64,000 nucleotides of DNA from Pristiophorus japonicus (lineage: Eukaryota): positions 40,424,001 through 40,488,000 of the forward strand of contig NC_091978.1 of NCBI RefSeq assembly GCF_044704955.1, in the 5' to 3' direction. Shown here piece by piece: positions 51,001 through 62,755 of the stretch (positions within the stretch are counted from its first letter, which is position 1; every line of letters starts with the position of its first letter). The notes under the pieces were generated by a model. The model did no database searches. It was not told the origin of the DNA and saw nothing but the letters and a program-made list of their open reading frames with translations. The position numbers and the translations under genes were made by a program.

Positions 51001-51604
51001 AACCCATCCGGCTTGTACAGGTCTCACTTACCCCAGAAGCGGTCCCAATGCCTCAGGAAACTAGAGCCCTCCCGCCTGCACCATCTCTCCACCCATATAT
51101 TCATCTGCTCTATCCTCCTATTTCTGTACTCACTAGCTCGTGGCACTGGTAGTAATCCAGAGATTACTACCTTTTTGAGGTTCTGCTTTTTAATCTCTCC
51201 TAACTCCCTAAACTCTGCCTGCAGGACTTCATCCCTCTTTCTATCTATGTCATTGGTCCCGATATGGACCACGATCTCTGGCTATTCACCCTCTTTTCCC
51301 CCCCCCCCCCAAATGCCCTGCAGCTGCTCAGTGATATCCTTGACCCTGGCACCAGGGAGGCAACATACCATCCTGGAGTCACGTCTGTGGCCGCAGAAAT
51401 GCCTGTCTGCTCCCCTGACTGTTGAATCCCCCTACCGCTATAGTTTTTCCATTCTTCTTGGTGCCGTGGATTTGGCTCTGGTTGCACTTCCCAGAGCCAC
51501 CATCGCCCTCTGTTGAAGAACGAGATGGACTCGGGGAACTACCTGCCTAGTCCTCCTCTTCTGTCCGGCGGTCACCTAATCCCTATCTGCCTGCACACTC
51601 TTAA

Positions 51605-52598
51605 CATCGAAACATAGAAAATAGGTGCAGGAGTAGGCCATTCAGCCTTTCGAGCTTGCACCACCATTCAACATGATCATAGCTGATCATGCACTTCAGT
51701 ACCCCATTTCTGCTTTCCATACCCCTTGATCCCTTTAGCCGTAAGGGCCACATCTAATTCCCTTTTGAATATATCTAATGAACTGGCCTCAACAACTTTC
51801 TGTGGTAGAGAATTCCATATGCTCACAACTCTGAGTGAAGAAGTTTCTCCTCATCTCGGTCCGAGATGGCTTAGCCCTTATCCTTAGAGTGTGATTCCTG
51901 GTTCTGGACTTCCCCAACATTGGGAACATTCTTCCTGCATCTAACCTGTCCAATCCTGTCAAAATGTTATGTTTCTATGAGATCCCCTCATTCATTTAAA
52001 TTCCAGTGAATATAAGCCTAGTCGATCCAGTCTTTCTTCATATGTCAGTCCTGTCATCCCGGGAATCAGTCTGGTGAACCTTCGCTGCACTTCCTCAATA
52101 GCAAGAATGTCCTTCCTCAGATGAGGGGACCAAAACTGCACACAATATTCAAGGTGTGGCCTCACCAAGGCCCTGTCCAACTGTCGTAAGACCTCCCTGC
52201 TCCTATACTCAAATCCTCTCGCTGTGAAGGCCAACATATCATTAACTTTCTTAACCGCCTGCTGTACCTGTATGCCAACTTTCAATGACTGATGTACCAT
52301 GACAACCAGGTCTCGTTGCACCTCCCCTTTTCCTAATCTTGTCACCATTCAGATAATCTGCCTTCCTGTTTTTACCACCAAAGTGGATAACCTCACATTT
52401 ATCTACATTATATTGCATCTGCCATGTATTTGCCCACTCTCCTAACCTGTCCAAGTCACCCTGCAGCCTCTTCGTATCCTCCTCACAACTTACACTGCCA
52501 CCCAGCTTAGTGTCATCTGCAAACTTGGAGATATTACATTCAATTCCTTCGTCTAAATCACGAATGTATATTGTAAATAGCTGGGGTCCCAGCACTGA
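51605..52598 (-). mobile_element. 5'-truncated CR1 family A inserted in ORF1 of the family C element
   Basis: The host reads CACACTCTTAAC|...|CTGCGGGGTGACC across the insertion. The insert runs from LGPQLF/KFADD to the tail. Confidence 0.88.
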
Positions 52599-55020
52599 AC
52601 CTGCGGGGTGACCACCTCTAGAAACGTGCTATCCACATAGCTCTCAGTCTCACAGATGCACCTCAGTGACTCCAGCTGCCGTTCAAGCTCCAAAACGCGG
52701 AGCTCGAGTTGGTGCAGCTGGAGACACCTCCTGCACACATGGACATCCCGACTGCGCGAAGCATCCGGGATTTCCCACATGCCACAGGATGTGCAATTCA
52801 CGGGACTGAGCTGACCTGCCATCCCTCGAGTTGCACTCGGAACTATCAAGTAGAACTAAACTCTAACCTTAGCAAAACATACCCAGCAACTACTCAGCAA
52901 TCAGCTGATTTAACTAATATTTATTTAAAGACTAAGTACTAACTGAACAGAGGAAAAAAAACACTCACCAATCAGCTACTTCCTTTGTGCCAATGTCACT
53001 TTTAAACTCTGACGTCCCTTTTGAATGTTGCCCGCTGCTGCTCCCACGCAGGTCCGCTCCCTCTGTGAAATATCACTTGCCTATTTGTAATTTTTAAATT
53101 AATCTTCTCCTCCTCTCCGAATTCCCATTCTTTCCAAATTCCTGAATAAACCACTCTGTTTAAGACCTCTGTGTGCAGATCACTTTATTCTCCATTGAAA
53201 TATGAAGCAAAGCAGTACAAGTGGATGAACTTTCCAAAAGTGAAAAGGCTAGTTACATTTGAAACTTCAAGTGAAAGCCATAAATAAGCCTTGGTTTATT
53301 GTTACCATTTTATAATGTGGTGTGTTTCATATATACTATCTCCTTTTCTGCCAGTTTGAGTGACGGTCAAAAAAATTGAGTAATGTTTCTTTCATATTTA
53401 TTTGCTAGATTAGAACAATTCAGTGTATTGTGCAATTTAGAGTAAAAGAGATATATCCTAGTCTTCCACTTCTGTGTACATGTCATGTTGAATATTGTGT
53501 TGCACTACAAATACTGCACATCCAAAGTAGTCACAGATGTCCCCATTACATGTTTGCCTTTGCAATTTGAATTATTGCAATGAGAAATTCATGTGTGCAT
53601 TTATAAATCTGCAAAGCAGGACATTGTGCAAATTGTCCATGCATTATACACAAGCATTTTGAGACCTATCAGTGTTACACTTGGTACATTTGTGAAGAGA
53701 CTATTTTACCTTAAAGTCAGCTTACTAACTTCCTCATAACCCTAAACTTAACAGGGTTTAAAATTATAAGAATGTTGTAATAGAAACCTTAATTTCTATA
53801 AACTTTAAATCAATCCAAAAAAAATCCTTGCATTTTTCTAATGATTGATGTTTAGCTACCGCTCCCAGACATGTCTCCTGGAAGCTTAAATTTAAGCATT
53901 CTTTTGAGTGTAGCATTTTGATTTTAAGCTACATTTGTTAATTCAGTATAATTCCCTTCCCTTCCTCCCGATAGTGTAACTGAAACTTGACGTATTGTAT
54001 TACTGAGATCTATCTTGTGCACTACCATGCTCCTTGTTAACATAATGGGTTGATGATGTCTACAGTCTTGATACTGAACCATAATTATGTTCATGCTGTA
54101 TGAATACCCAGTATGCCAAACCCCCAAGACAAACATCACAAATTTACAAATCTCTTTTTTTTTAAAAAAGGAATTTTATAAAGTGTTTGTGTGAGATATA
54201 TAATAAAATATCTTCTCGCCAAGGAATATTTACCACCCAGTAATTTCATCTTTGACCCCACCGTTCTTAATAGGCTCAAAGTTCTTTCTGTTTAAATGCA
54301 ACAATAATTACTGCAACAGACCGTAAATGTTTTCATTTTGTTGCTATTTGATACATTTTTATGCTGATATGTAATACAATACAGTGATTTAAGGTGTCTT
54401 TGAGGGAATGTTGACGTTTATTGATTTTCTGTCAAGAAAAATTGAAGGGTGAGTTAACCTCACCCCACATTATGAACACAAAGTGAATGAAGTTTGGAAC
54501 AATTTGCCTGGCTCCAACGTATGATTTTTTTTTTAACAAAGTGAGAGGGAAAATTTCATGTTGTAATATATATTCCAATTCTCCCATGTGTTTTCATTTA
54601 ATGGATATGACTGGTAGTAAATAATCTTATTTAGCATTGTTTTTTCACAGTAATAATCTTCTGCTTACATTGATGTTTATATTTCTTAGTATGAATGTAC
54701 AGAGGACTGAACAAAGTGAGAAATTACTTTAGTGAGGCGTCACTTCAGTGAGGCATCAGAAGTCAGCTCAGCTGGTGTGCTCGTCCCTAGCATAAGTCAG
54801 TGCTTTCAGAACAGAAAGGGATTACTCCGAATACCAAGCCAGGCTTTTGCTTCTTGACTGAAATTAATTGCAATGTTTTCTCTACATTGGCGTTGTATTA
54901 TATGTATTCAATAATTTGGCATTATATGAGTAGAACATGAACAAATTCAATATTTTTTATTGAAGGAGTGTATTTGAAATTTTTAGTACTTCATCTGCTA
55001 TTTCCTCCTTTTCTATTCAG

Positions 55021-55129
55021 ACATGCACGGAGACACTTTAGTCAAGCTGAAGGAGGACAGCTGGATGAGGTGCGACAAGTAATGGGTATGCTGGCTTTTC
55101 CCTCAGATACTCATATTTCACCTTATAAG
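55021..55129 (+). CDS. MAEA: MAEA internal coding exon (109 nt; macrophage erythroblast attacher, CTLH/GID E3 ligase subunit, CRA domain region)
   Basis: Polypyrimidine tract with TTCAG acceptor and AAG|GTAGGA donor. Translates (R)[36 protein letters not shown], recognisable as vertebrate MAEA. Confidence 0.95.
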
Positions 55130-55434
55130 GTAGGAATTGATTTGTTTATTTCCTTATTATTATAGTCTTTGTGAGAAACATTTAAACATCAAATAAATTA
55201 TGGATTAGAGAATCTGCGTTTTAAAATGATAGGATATCAGAAATGTGCATGTTGCCCTTAATGTGTGTAATAAATATGAATTTATTCCAAGCGGATTTAC
55301 AATCCACGAAAAATTACCCTAAAACCTTGATCTGCTCTGAGCCCCATTTACCATGGTGGGATACAGCTTGGCCATCAGGGCATGCAATAACTCTGGGAGC
55401 GAAAAACTGAGATCATACTGTAGGCCACTCTTGT

Positions 55435-56390
55435 ATAGAATAGTCCAGCATAGAAGGAAGCCATTCAGCCCATCGAGTCTGTGCCGGCTCTTTCAAAGAG
55501 CAATCCAGTTAGTCCCACTCCCCCACTCTTCTCAAATATACTTGCAATTTTTTCATCTTCGAGTGTCTATCCAATTCCCATTTGAAGGCTACTATTTAAT
55601 CTGTATCCATCACCCTATCAGGCAGTGTATTCCAAATCCTAGCCACTCGCTGCATAAAAAAGTTTTTCCTCAAGGTTCACGAGATTGATCCCTGGGATAA
55701 GAGTTGACCTATGAGGAGAGATTGAGCAGATTGGGACGATATTGTCTGGAGTTTAGAAGAGTGACGGGGAATCTCATTGCATCATATAAGATTCGGAGGG
55801 AGATTGGCAGGGGAGATGCTGAGCGGTTGTTTTCCCAGCTGGAGAGTCTAGAACTAGGAGGCATCGTCTCAGGATAAGGGGTCGGCCATTTAAGACTGAG
55901 ATGAGGAGGAATTTCTTCACTCAGGGTTGTGAACTTTTGAAATTCTCTACTCCAAAGGGGTGTGGAAGCTGAGTCATTGACCATATTCAAGGCCGAGTTA
56001 GATAGATTTTTGGACTCGAGGGGAATCAAGGGATATGGAGATCGGGTGGAAAAGTGGAGTTAAGGTTGACGATTCGCCATGATACTGAATTGCGGAGCAG
56101 GCTCATTATTATGTTCTCATATCCCCTCTGGCTTTTTTTGCCAATCACCTTAAATCTGTGCCCTCTAATTATCAGCCATTAGAAACATTTTCTCTTTATT
56201 TACTCTATCTTAAACCCTTCATGATTTTAAACACCTCTATCAAATCTCCTCTTAGCCGCCTTTGCTGTAAGGAGAACAAACCCAGCTTCTCCAGTCTATC
56301 CACACAACAGTAATGCCTCAACCCTGGAACCATTTTCGTCAGTCTTTTCTGTACCCTCTCCAAAGCCTTCATGTCCTTCCTAAAATGTGG
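55435..56390. mobile_element. CR1 3' fragment (-) interrupted by another CR1 3' fragment (+, ~55675-56120)
   Basis: The minus copy breaks at AAAAAGTTTTTCCTCA and resumes at ATCCCCTCTGG. The plus copy has LEFRR, SRTR and EMRRNFF. Confidence 0.75.
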
Positions 56391-56617
56391 CAGAAACTAC
56401 GGTGTGACAATGGTAATCAGAGCACATTACTGAGCTCTTGTCTTCACTGAGAAAGGGTATGTGGTGCTTGCAACCGAAATATTCTTTATTTTCTTGGGAT
56501 TGATCTTCCGTATTGTCTACTTTCTTGTACAAGTGCATTCATTATGAAAGACCAGGTCCAAAATTAGAGTTACACTGTAGTTTTTCTGACACTAGCTTAC
56601 TCGTAATTCCTTGCTCT

Positions 56618-56864
56618 TGTCATGTATCCTACTGTCATTGTAATCCATGCATAAACTAACCTAAGTTGTACACCGCGAGAACACTGACCACTAGGTGGTG
56701 AACTTGTGGGAGACAGTCCTAACCTGGACCTTCAGGTATAAAAGGGGAAGCTGCACCCATCTTCTCCACTTCAGTGCTGGCTAATAAAGGACTGGTCACA
56801 GAGTGACCACCTCTCTCTAGTATGGGCCTCGTGTGCATTTGTTCTGTATAGTAAGGACATATCA
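56618..56864 (+). repeat. 5' LTR (247 bp)
   Basis: Direct repeat of 61113-61358, with TATAAAA and AATAAA. Confidence 0.95.
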
Positions 56865-56865
56865 T

Positions 56866-56901
56866 TGGCGACGAGAAACTGGGATTTAAACCATGCGAGC
56901 A
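56866..56901 (+). promoter_or_regulatory. Primer binding site, tRNA-Ser(GCU)-like
   Basis: TGGCGACGAG lies 1 nt after the LTR and is complementary to the tRNA 3' end ...CUCGUCGCCA. Confidence 0.75.
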
Positions 56902-59900
56902 TGGCCACGAGCAGCACAGACGACAGGTACTGTATTGATGATTGGGACGATTTTATTGAGAGACTACGGCAAAGTTTCGTCACTAAAGAATAGCTGGGAC
57001 AGGATTCGGCCGATAAATGCAGGGCTCATCTCTGATGGTTTGTGGATCCAGGCCGTACTCCCTGATGAAGGACCTTCTAGCGCCAGAGAAGCCGGTGGAC
57101 AAGACTTTGCCAGAGCTCAGTAAGTTGATCGGGGAACACTTTAAGCCGGCGAGCAGCAGCACATGGCGAGACACCGGTTTTACACGCACCGGCGGTGAGA
57201 AGGGCAAAGCGTTCCAGACTTTGTGGCAAACCTCCGGCGACTGGCAAGCCTATGTAAGTTCCTAGATGCATGCAGAGCGGAGATGCTGCGAGACTTTATT
57301 ATTGAGGGCATCGGGCACACTGGGGTTTTCAGGAAACTGATTGAGACCAAAGACTTGACCCTGGAAACGGTGGCTTTGATGGCCCAGACATTTATCTCAG
57401 GGGAGGAAGAGACCAGAATGATGTTTGACAAAAATCTTGGTTTAAATGCAGCAAATGGACAGGGAGTCAACATTGTTAACGCGGCACACAGTTCTCCACG
57501 CAGACAGAGGCAATTGGACATACCCGAGCATGTAGTCGAACCCAAAGGGGGAATTCAACAGAGACAATGGCTAGCTGAATGGCGATTCATGCCATCGCAA
57601 GGGACAATGCGGCCAGCAATGGGGCCATCAACACCTGTCAATGGTGTGTTTTAAGGACAGTTACAAAGACAGTCGGAGACGATCGACTGGTAATGGACCT
57701 TTTGTTTCCAACAACGGCTCATGTTGGAGGTGTGGAGGCAAACACATAACCAGAGCTTGCAGATATCAGCAATATACCTGCAGAAACTGCAACGTCAGCA
57801 GTCACTTGGCGCATGTGTGCAGGAAGCCTGCAGCCAGGTTGATGTACGAGGAGGACGGGCCCGATGTAAGCCCTACAAGGCCAAATGGACACTGGGGGAA
57901 ATCGCTGGAAGCTGAAGTTCAGAGAGTTCATGTGGAGCACATATACAGTTCATACGCCAGGACGCCACCGATAATGATGATCGTGCTCCTCAATGGCATC
58001 CCAGTATCGATGGAGCTAGACACGGGGGCCAGCCAGTCCCTGATCAGTATCAAACAGTTCGACAAGTTGTGGGCGTCCAAGGCCGGGAGGCCAAAATTAT
58101 TGCCGATTGACGCACAGCTACGGACATATACAAAGGAGATCATTCCGGTGCTAGGCAGCGCCACTGTAGTCATGACCCACAAAGATTCGGAGAACAGGTT
58201 GCCACTCTGGATTGTCCCAGGGGACGGTCCCGCACTGCTGGGGAGGAGTTGACTTGCTGTCATGAACTGGAAATGGGACGATATCAATGCAATTTCTTCT
58301 GTGGAGCGAGTATCATGCTCACAGGTCCTGGACAAATTTGACTCACTCTTTCAACCTGGCATTGGCTTTTTCATGGGGACCAAGGTAGTGATTCACATAA
58401 ACCCGGATGCTAGACCAGTACACCACAAGGCCAGAGCGGTGCCGTACGTGATGCGGGAAAAGATAGAAGGCGAATTGGACTGTCTGCTGAGGGAAGGCAT
58501 CATCTCGCCAGTCGAATTCAGTGACTGGTCAAGCCCGATTGTGCTGGTGCACAAGACGGATGGGTCGGTCAGGATATGTGGCGATTACAAGGCCACCATC
58601 AATCAGGTGTCACTCCAAGACCAGTACCCGCTACCGGGAGCGGAGGACCTTTTTGCAACGCTATCCGGTGGCAAACCTTTTTCAAAATTGAACCTGACCT
58701 CCGCTTACAGGACCCAGGAGCTGGCGAGTGAGTCAAAGAAGCTGACCACCATCACAACACACAAGGGGTTGTTTGACTACAACAGATGTCCATTCGGGAT
58801 TCGCTCGGCCGTCGCGATCTTTCAACGAAACATGGAAAGTCTCCTCAAGTCGATTCCAGGGACGGTGGTTTTTCAAGACGACATCCTCATCACGGGTTGC
58901 GATACTGAAGAACACCTCCCCAACCTGGAGGAGGTGCTACGCAGACTGGACCGGGTAGGTCTGCGACTGAAAAAGGCGAAGTGCGTCTTCCTAGCTCCAG
59001 AGGTAGAATTCCTGGGGATGAGGGTAGCAGCAGACAGGATCAGACCTCCTGCGTCCAAAACGGAAGTGATCCAGAGAGCACCCAGACCCCGTAACACGAC
59101 GGAGCTGCGTTCATTCCTGGGGCTCCTGAACTATTTTGGTAACTTTCTTCCCAAATTGAGCACGCTGTTAGAGCCGCTACATGTGCTCCTACACAAAGGT
59201 CGCGAATGGGTCTGGGGGGACAGCCAGGAAAGGGCTTTTGACAGAGCATACAATTTGTTATGCTCCAACAATCTGTTAATTCTATATGACCCATGTAAGA
59301 AACTTGTTTTAACGTGCGATGCTTCGTCCTATGGTGTCGGGTGTGTGTTGCAGCATGTCAATGCCATAGGCCAGTTACAGCCGGTAGCTTATGCCTCCAG
59401 AAGTCTGTCCCAGGCAGAAAGAGGGGCTATGGGATGGTAGAAAAGGAAACGCTTGCATGTGTCTATGCAGTAAAAGAAAATGCATCAGTACCTGTTTGAC
59501 AGGAAATTTGAGCTGGAGACAGATTACAAACCCCTAACGTCTCTTTTGGCTGACAACAAGGCCATAAATGCAAATGCGTCGGCCCGCATACAGAGGTGGG
59601 CGCTCATGTTAGCCGCCTATTACTAGACAATTCGGCACTGACCGGGCACCAAAAACTGCGCCGATGCACTCAGCAGGCTCCCACTAGCCAACAATGAGGG
59701 GGCAACCGAGCATACTGCTGAGATGGTCATGGCTGTTGAAGCTTTCGAAAGCGAAACCCGTGACAGCCCATCAGATCAAAGTCTGGACAGATAGAGACCC
59801 GCTACTACCTTTAGTCTAGAAATGTGTCCTGAATGAGGACTAGGCAGCCACATACGGGGCATGCCTTGAGGAATTTAAACCATTTCACAGGCGCAAGGAT

Positions 59901-61084
59901 GAACACTCGATTCAGGCCGATTGCCTAATATGGGGAAACCGAGTAGTCATGCCCCAGATGGGCAGAGAGGCGTTCATCTGAGAACTCCACAATGAGCACC
60001 TGGGCATTGTCTTGATGAAGGCAATTGCCAGGTCACACGTTTGGTGGCCAGGGATAGATGCAGACCTGGAACTTTGTGTTTGCAGGTGCAACACATGTGT
60101 CCAGCTGGGCAATGCGCCCAGGGAAGCCCCCCTTAGCCCCTGGTCCTGGCCCGCCCAGCCATGGTCACGCATCCATGTGGACTACGCAGGTTCTTTCATG
60201 GGAAAAATGTTTTTGGTTGTCGTAGACGCCTACTCCAAATGGATCGAGTGTGATATTTTAAATTCAAGCACATCCTTTGCCACGTGAGAAAGTCTATGGG
60301 CAATGTTCGCCACCAATGGTCTACCGACGTCTTGGTCAGTGACAATGGCCCGTGCTTTACAAGCATTGAATTCCAGGACTTCATGGCAGGAAATGGTATC
60401 AACCATGTCAGAACGGCACCATTCAAGCCGGCCTCAAACGGCCAGGCGGAATGAGCAGTGCAGATAATCAAACTGGATGCTCAGAATCCAAGGGAGTTCC
60501 CTACAAAGCCGCTTATCACACCTCCTGTTGGCCAATAGATCCCGACCACACTCGCTCACAGCGGTTCCACCCGCAGAGCTGCTAATGAAAAGGACACAAA
60601 AAACAGGTTATCCTTTGTACACCCCACCATGAAAGAAATTGTTGAGAGCAGGCGCTGGTCACAATGTGACTACCATGACGGGAATGCGAGGGCACGATGT
60701 ATTGATGTCAATGACCCTGTCTTTGTCCTCAACCGGGCTGCAGGGCCCAAATGGCTCACAAGCACTGTGATTTCCAAAGAGGGGAATAGGATTCTGGTAG
60801 TTAAACTTACCAATGGATAAATCTGCCGCAAACATGTGGATCAAACAAAAAGGAGGTTCAGCAACCCCATAGAAGAAGCAGAGGAAGAACACGATGTAGA
60901 GTTCACTCCACCACAGGTGACCGAACACCGGTACCAAGTGGAGGAGAGCCCAGTCACTGTGGGCAGTCCGGACAGGCCTGAGGCACCGCAAACAGCAGAC
61001 ACTCAGACCAGCACCCAACAACCGGAGCCCCAACTCAGGCGCTGTACAAGGGAGCGTAAACCACCAGAGAGACTTAACCTGTGA
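56901..61084 (+). pseudogene. Gypsy gag-pol, disrupted by stops and frameshifts
   Basis: ORF pieces at 57223-57654, 57641-58252, 58262-59440, 60012-60287 and 60629-61084. Confidence 0.9.
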
Positions 61085-61112
61085 TCCTAATAAGACTTTG
61101 CGGGGGAGGTGA

Positions 61113-61358
61113 TGTCATGTATTCTACTGTCATTGTAATCCATGTATAAACTGACCTAAGTTGTACACCGTGAGAACACTGACCACTAAATGGTGAACTT
61201 GTGGGAGACACTCCTAACCTGGACTTTCAGGTATAAAAGGGGAAGCTCCACTCATCTTCTCCACTTCAGTGCTGGCTTAATAAAGGACTGGCCACAGAGT
61301 GACCTTCTCTCTAGTATGGGCCTCGTGTGCATTTGTACTGTGTAGTAAGGACATATCA
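61113..61358 (+). repeat. 3' LTR (246 bp)
   Basis: Preceded by the PPT at 61102-61112 and followed by TSD GCTCT at 61359-61363. Confidence 0.95.
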
Positions 61359-61537
61359 GCTCTCCTGATAGTCCACCCCAAATCAACTCTACCTTGCCCC
61401 CTCCATCTTTACTTTCAAAAGATACTTAAATAAAACTCTCTTTAACCATGCTGTCATCATCTCCTACTTTCTGTTCCCCTTTTTTTCCCTTGCTGCTTGC
61501 GATCTACATTTTACAACTGTTCTGTGGAGCACTCTGA

Positions 61538-62502
61538 CAAAAGCAAAATACTACGAATGCTGGAAATCTGAAATAAAAACCGAAAATGCTGGAAATACTC
61601 AGCAGTCCAGGAGAGAAACAGTTAACGTTTCAGGTCGATGACCTGTCGTCAGAACTGGAACAAGTTAGAGATGCATCAGGTTTTAAGCAAGTACAGAGGC
61701 AGGGAAAGGGAGGAGGGGAGGGAAGAACGAAAGAGAAGGTTTATGATGGTGTGGAAGGCAGGAGAGCTTAAATAACAAAAGGGATGATGGTGCAAAGCAA
61801 AAGGAGATGGTAATGGGTTAAGTAAAGAAACAAAAGATGGGTCTAGAGGAGGTGTAAATGGGAATAGCAGAATCAACAGCTGCCGTGCGAAAAAATGGGG
61901 GCAGATGTTATGATCTTGGAAATGTTGAATTTGATGTTGCATCCCGTAGGCTGTAAAGTGCCTCATCAGAAGATGAGGCGCTGTTCCTCGAACTTACATT
62001 GAGCTTCATTGGAACAGTGCAGGAAATACAGAAAGATCAAAGTGGGGTGGAACGGAGAATTAAAGTGACAGGTGGCTGGAAGCTCGGTCACGCTTGCAGA
62101 CTGAATGGCGGCGTTCCGCAAAGTTATCACCCAATCTGCATTTGGTCTCCCCAATATAGAGAAGACCACATTGTGAGCAGCGGATACAGTATACTAAATT
62201 GAAAGAAATCCTAGTAAATCACTGTCTCACCTGGAAGGAGTGTTTGGGGCCCTGGATGGTGGGAAGGGAGGAGGTAAAAGGGAAGGTGTTGCATCTCCTG
62301 CGCTTGCGTTGGGAGGGGAAAGATTGTTGAGGATGATTGAGGAATTACTGGGGTGTTCAGCCCTGAACTCATTGAATGGTGGTGCAGGCTCGAAGGGCCG
62401 AATGGCCTACTCCTGCTCCTATTTTCTATGTTTCTATGTTGCGGAGGGACGGACCGGTCCCTTCGGAATACTGAAAGAGGAGGGGAGGGGAAGATGTGTT
62501 TT
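61538..62502 (-). mobile_element. Penelope-like element 3' fragment (GIY-YIG endonuclease and pLTR)
   Basis: Minus strand reads NLVYCIRCSQCGLLYIGETKCRLG (GIY-YIG), plus PSPPLSVFRRDRS and EEQRLIF. A CR1 family A tail (+) is embedded at about 62370-62440. Confidence 0.85.
61619..61657 (-). ncRNA. Minimal type I hammerhead ribozyme motif
   Basis: Minus strand reads CAGTT-CTGACGA-C-AGGTC-ATC-GACCT-GAAACGTT-AACTG: stem I CAGUU/AACUG, core CUGANGA and GAAA, stem II AGGUC/GACCU, loopless palindromic stem III ACGU, GUU cleavage triplet. Confidence 0.8.
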
Positions 62503-62621
62503 TCAAAGCAGTCATTGAGTTGAGTCGTTCTCATTTTTGCTTCGAATGCCCTCAAACTGCAGAAGTTTGGGAGCAGGTTTTATTTTAATACAAGAGTCAA
62601 ATCCTTCTGTTTCCATTGCAG

Positions 62622-62755
62622 GATCTTTTGGACCCAGCTCGATGGAAGATGCTTATTCAGCAGTTCAGATATGACAACTACAGACTTCACCAACTTGGAA
62701 ACAGCTCTGTCTTCACTATAACACTCCAAGCAGGACTGTCAGCGATAAAAACACC
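62622..62755 (+). CDS. MAEA: MAEA next coding exon (134 nt)
   Basis: TTCCATTGCAG acceptor, in frame with the previous exon: [44 protein letters not shown](P). Confidence 0.95.

Larger units (their letters stand above)
46263..53000 (-). mobile_element. Near full-length CR1 LINE, family C (ORF1 and ORF2), carrying three nested insertions
   Basis: Tail and 3'UTR at 46263-46391 resume at about 48044. RT 48300-49600; endonuclease 50124-50760 (GGGVALL, MGDFN, SDHN). ORF1 SGNH esterase (VHIGTND, VVISGLLP) at about 51000-51450; ORF1 zinc finger/leucine zipper (CTSCGMW..CRRC..LELRVLELERQL) at 52600-52820. Confidence 0.9.
56618..61358 (+). mobile_element. Complete but mutated Ty3/Gypsy LTR retrotransposon (Mag-like)
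   Basis: LTRs at 56618-56864 and 61113-61358 (TG..CA), 5-bp TSD GCTCT, PBS TGGCGACGAG, PPT GGGGGAGGTGA. Two zinc knuckles, protease LDTGA, RT FQDD, RNase H CDASSYGVG and integrase (RIHVDYAG, VVDAYSKW) in Gypsy order. Confidence 0.96.

Noticed and set aside
52553-52849. Cys-rich coiled-coil ORF resembling a host zinc-finger gene
   Set aside because: It is the zinc finger/leucine zipper of CR1 ORF1, collinear with the esterase and ORF2.
54690-54850. Possible intronic snoRNA upstream of the MAEA exon
   Set aside because: No convincing C/D or H/ACA box arrangement or terminal stem.
54968-55165. 65-aa standalone ORF
   Set aside because: Only 55021-55129 is coding (the MAEA exon); the rest is intronic read-through.
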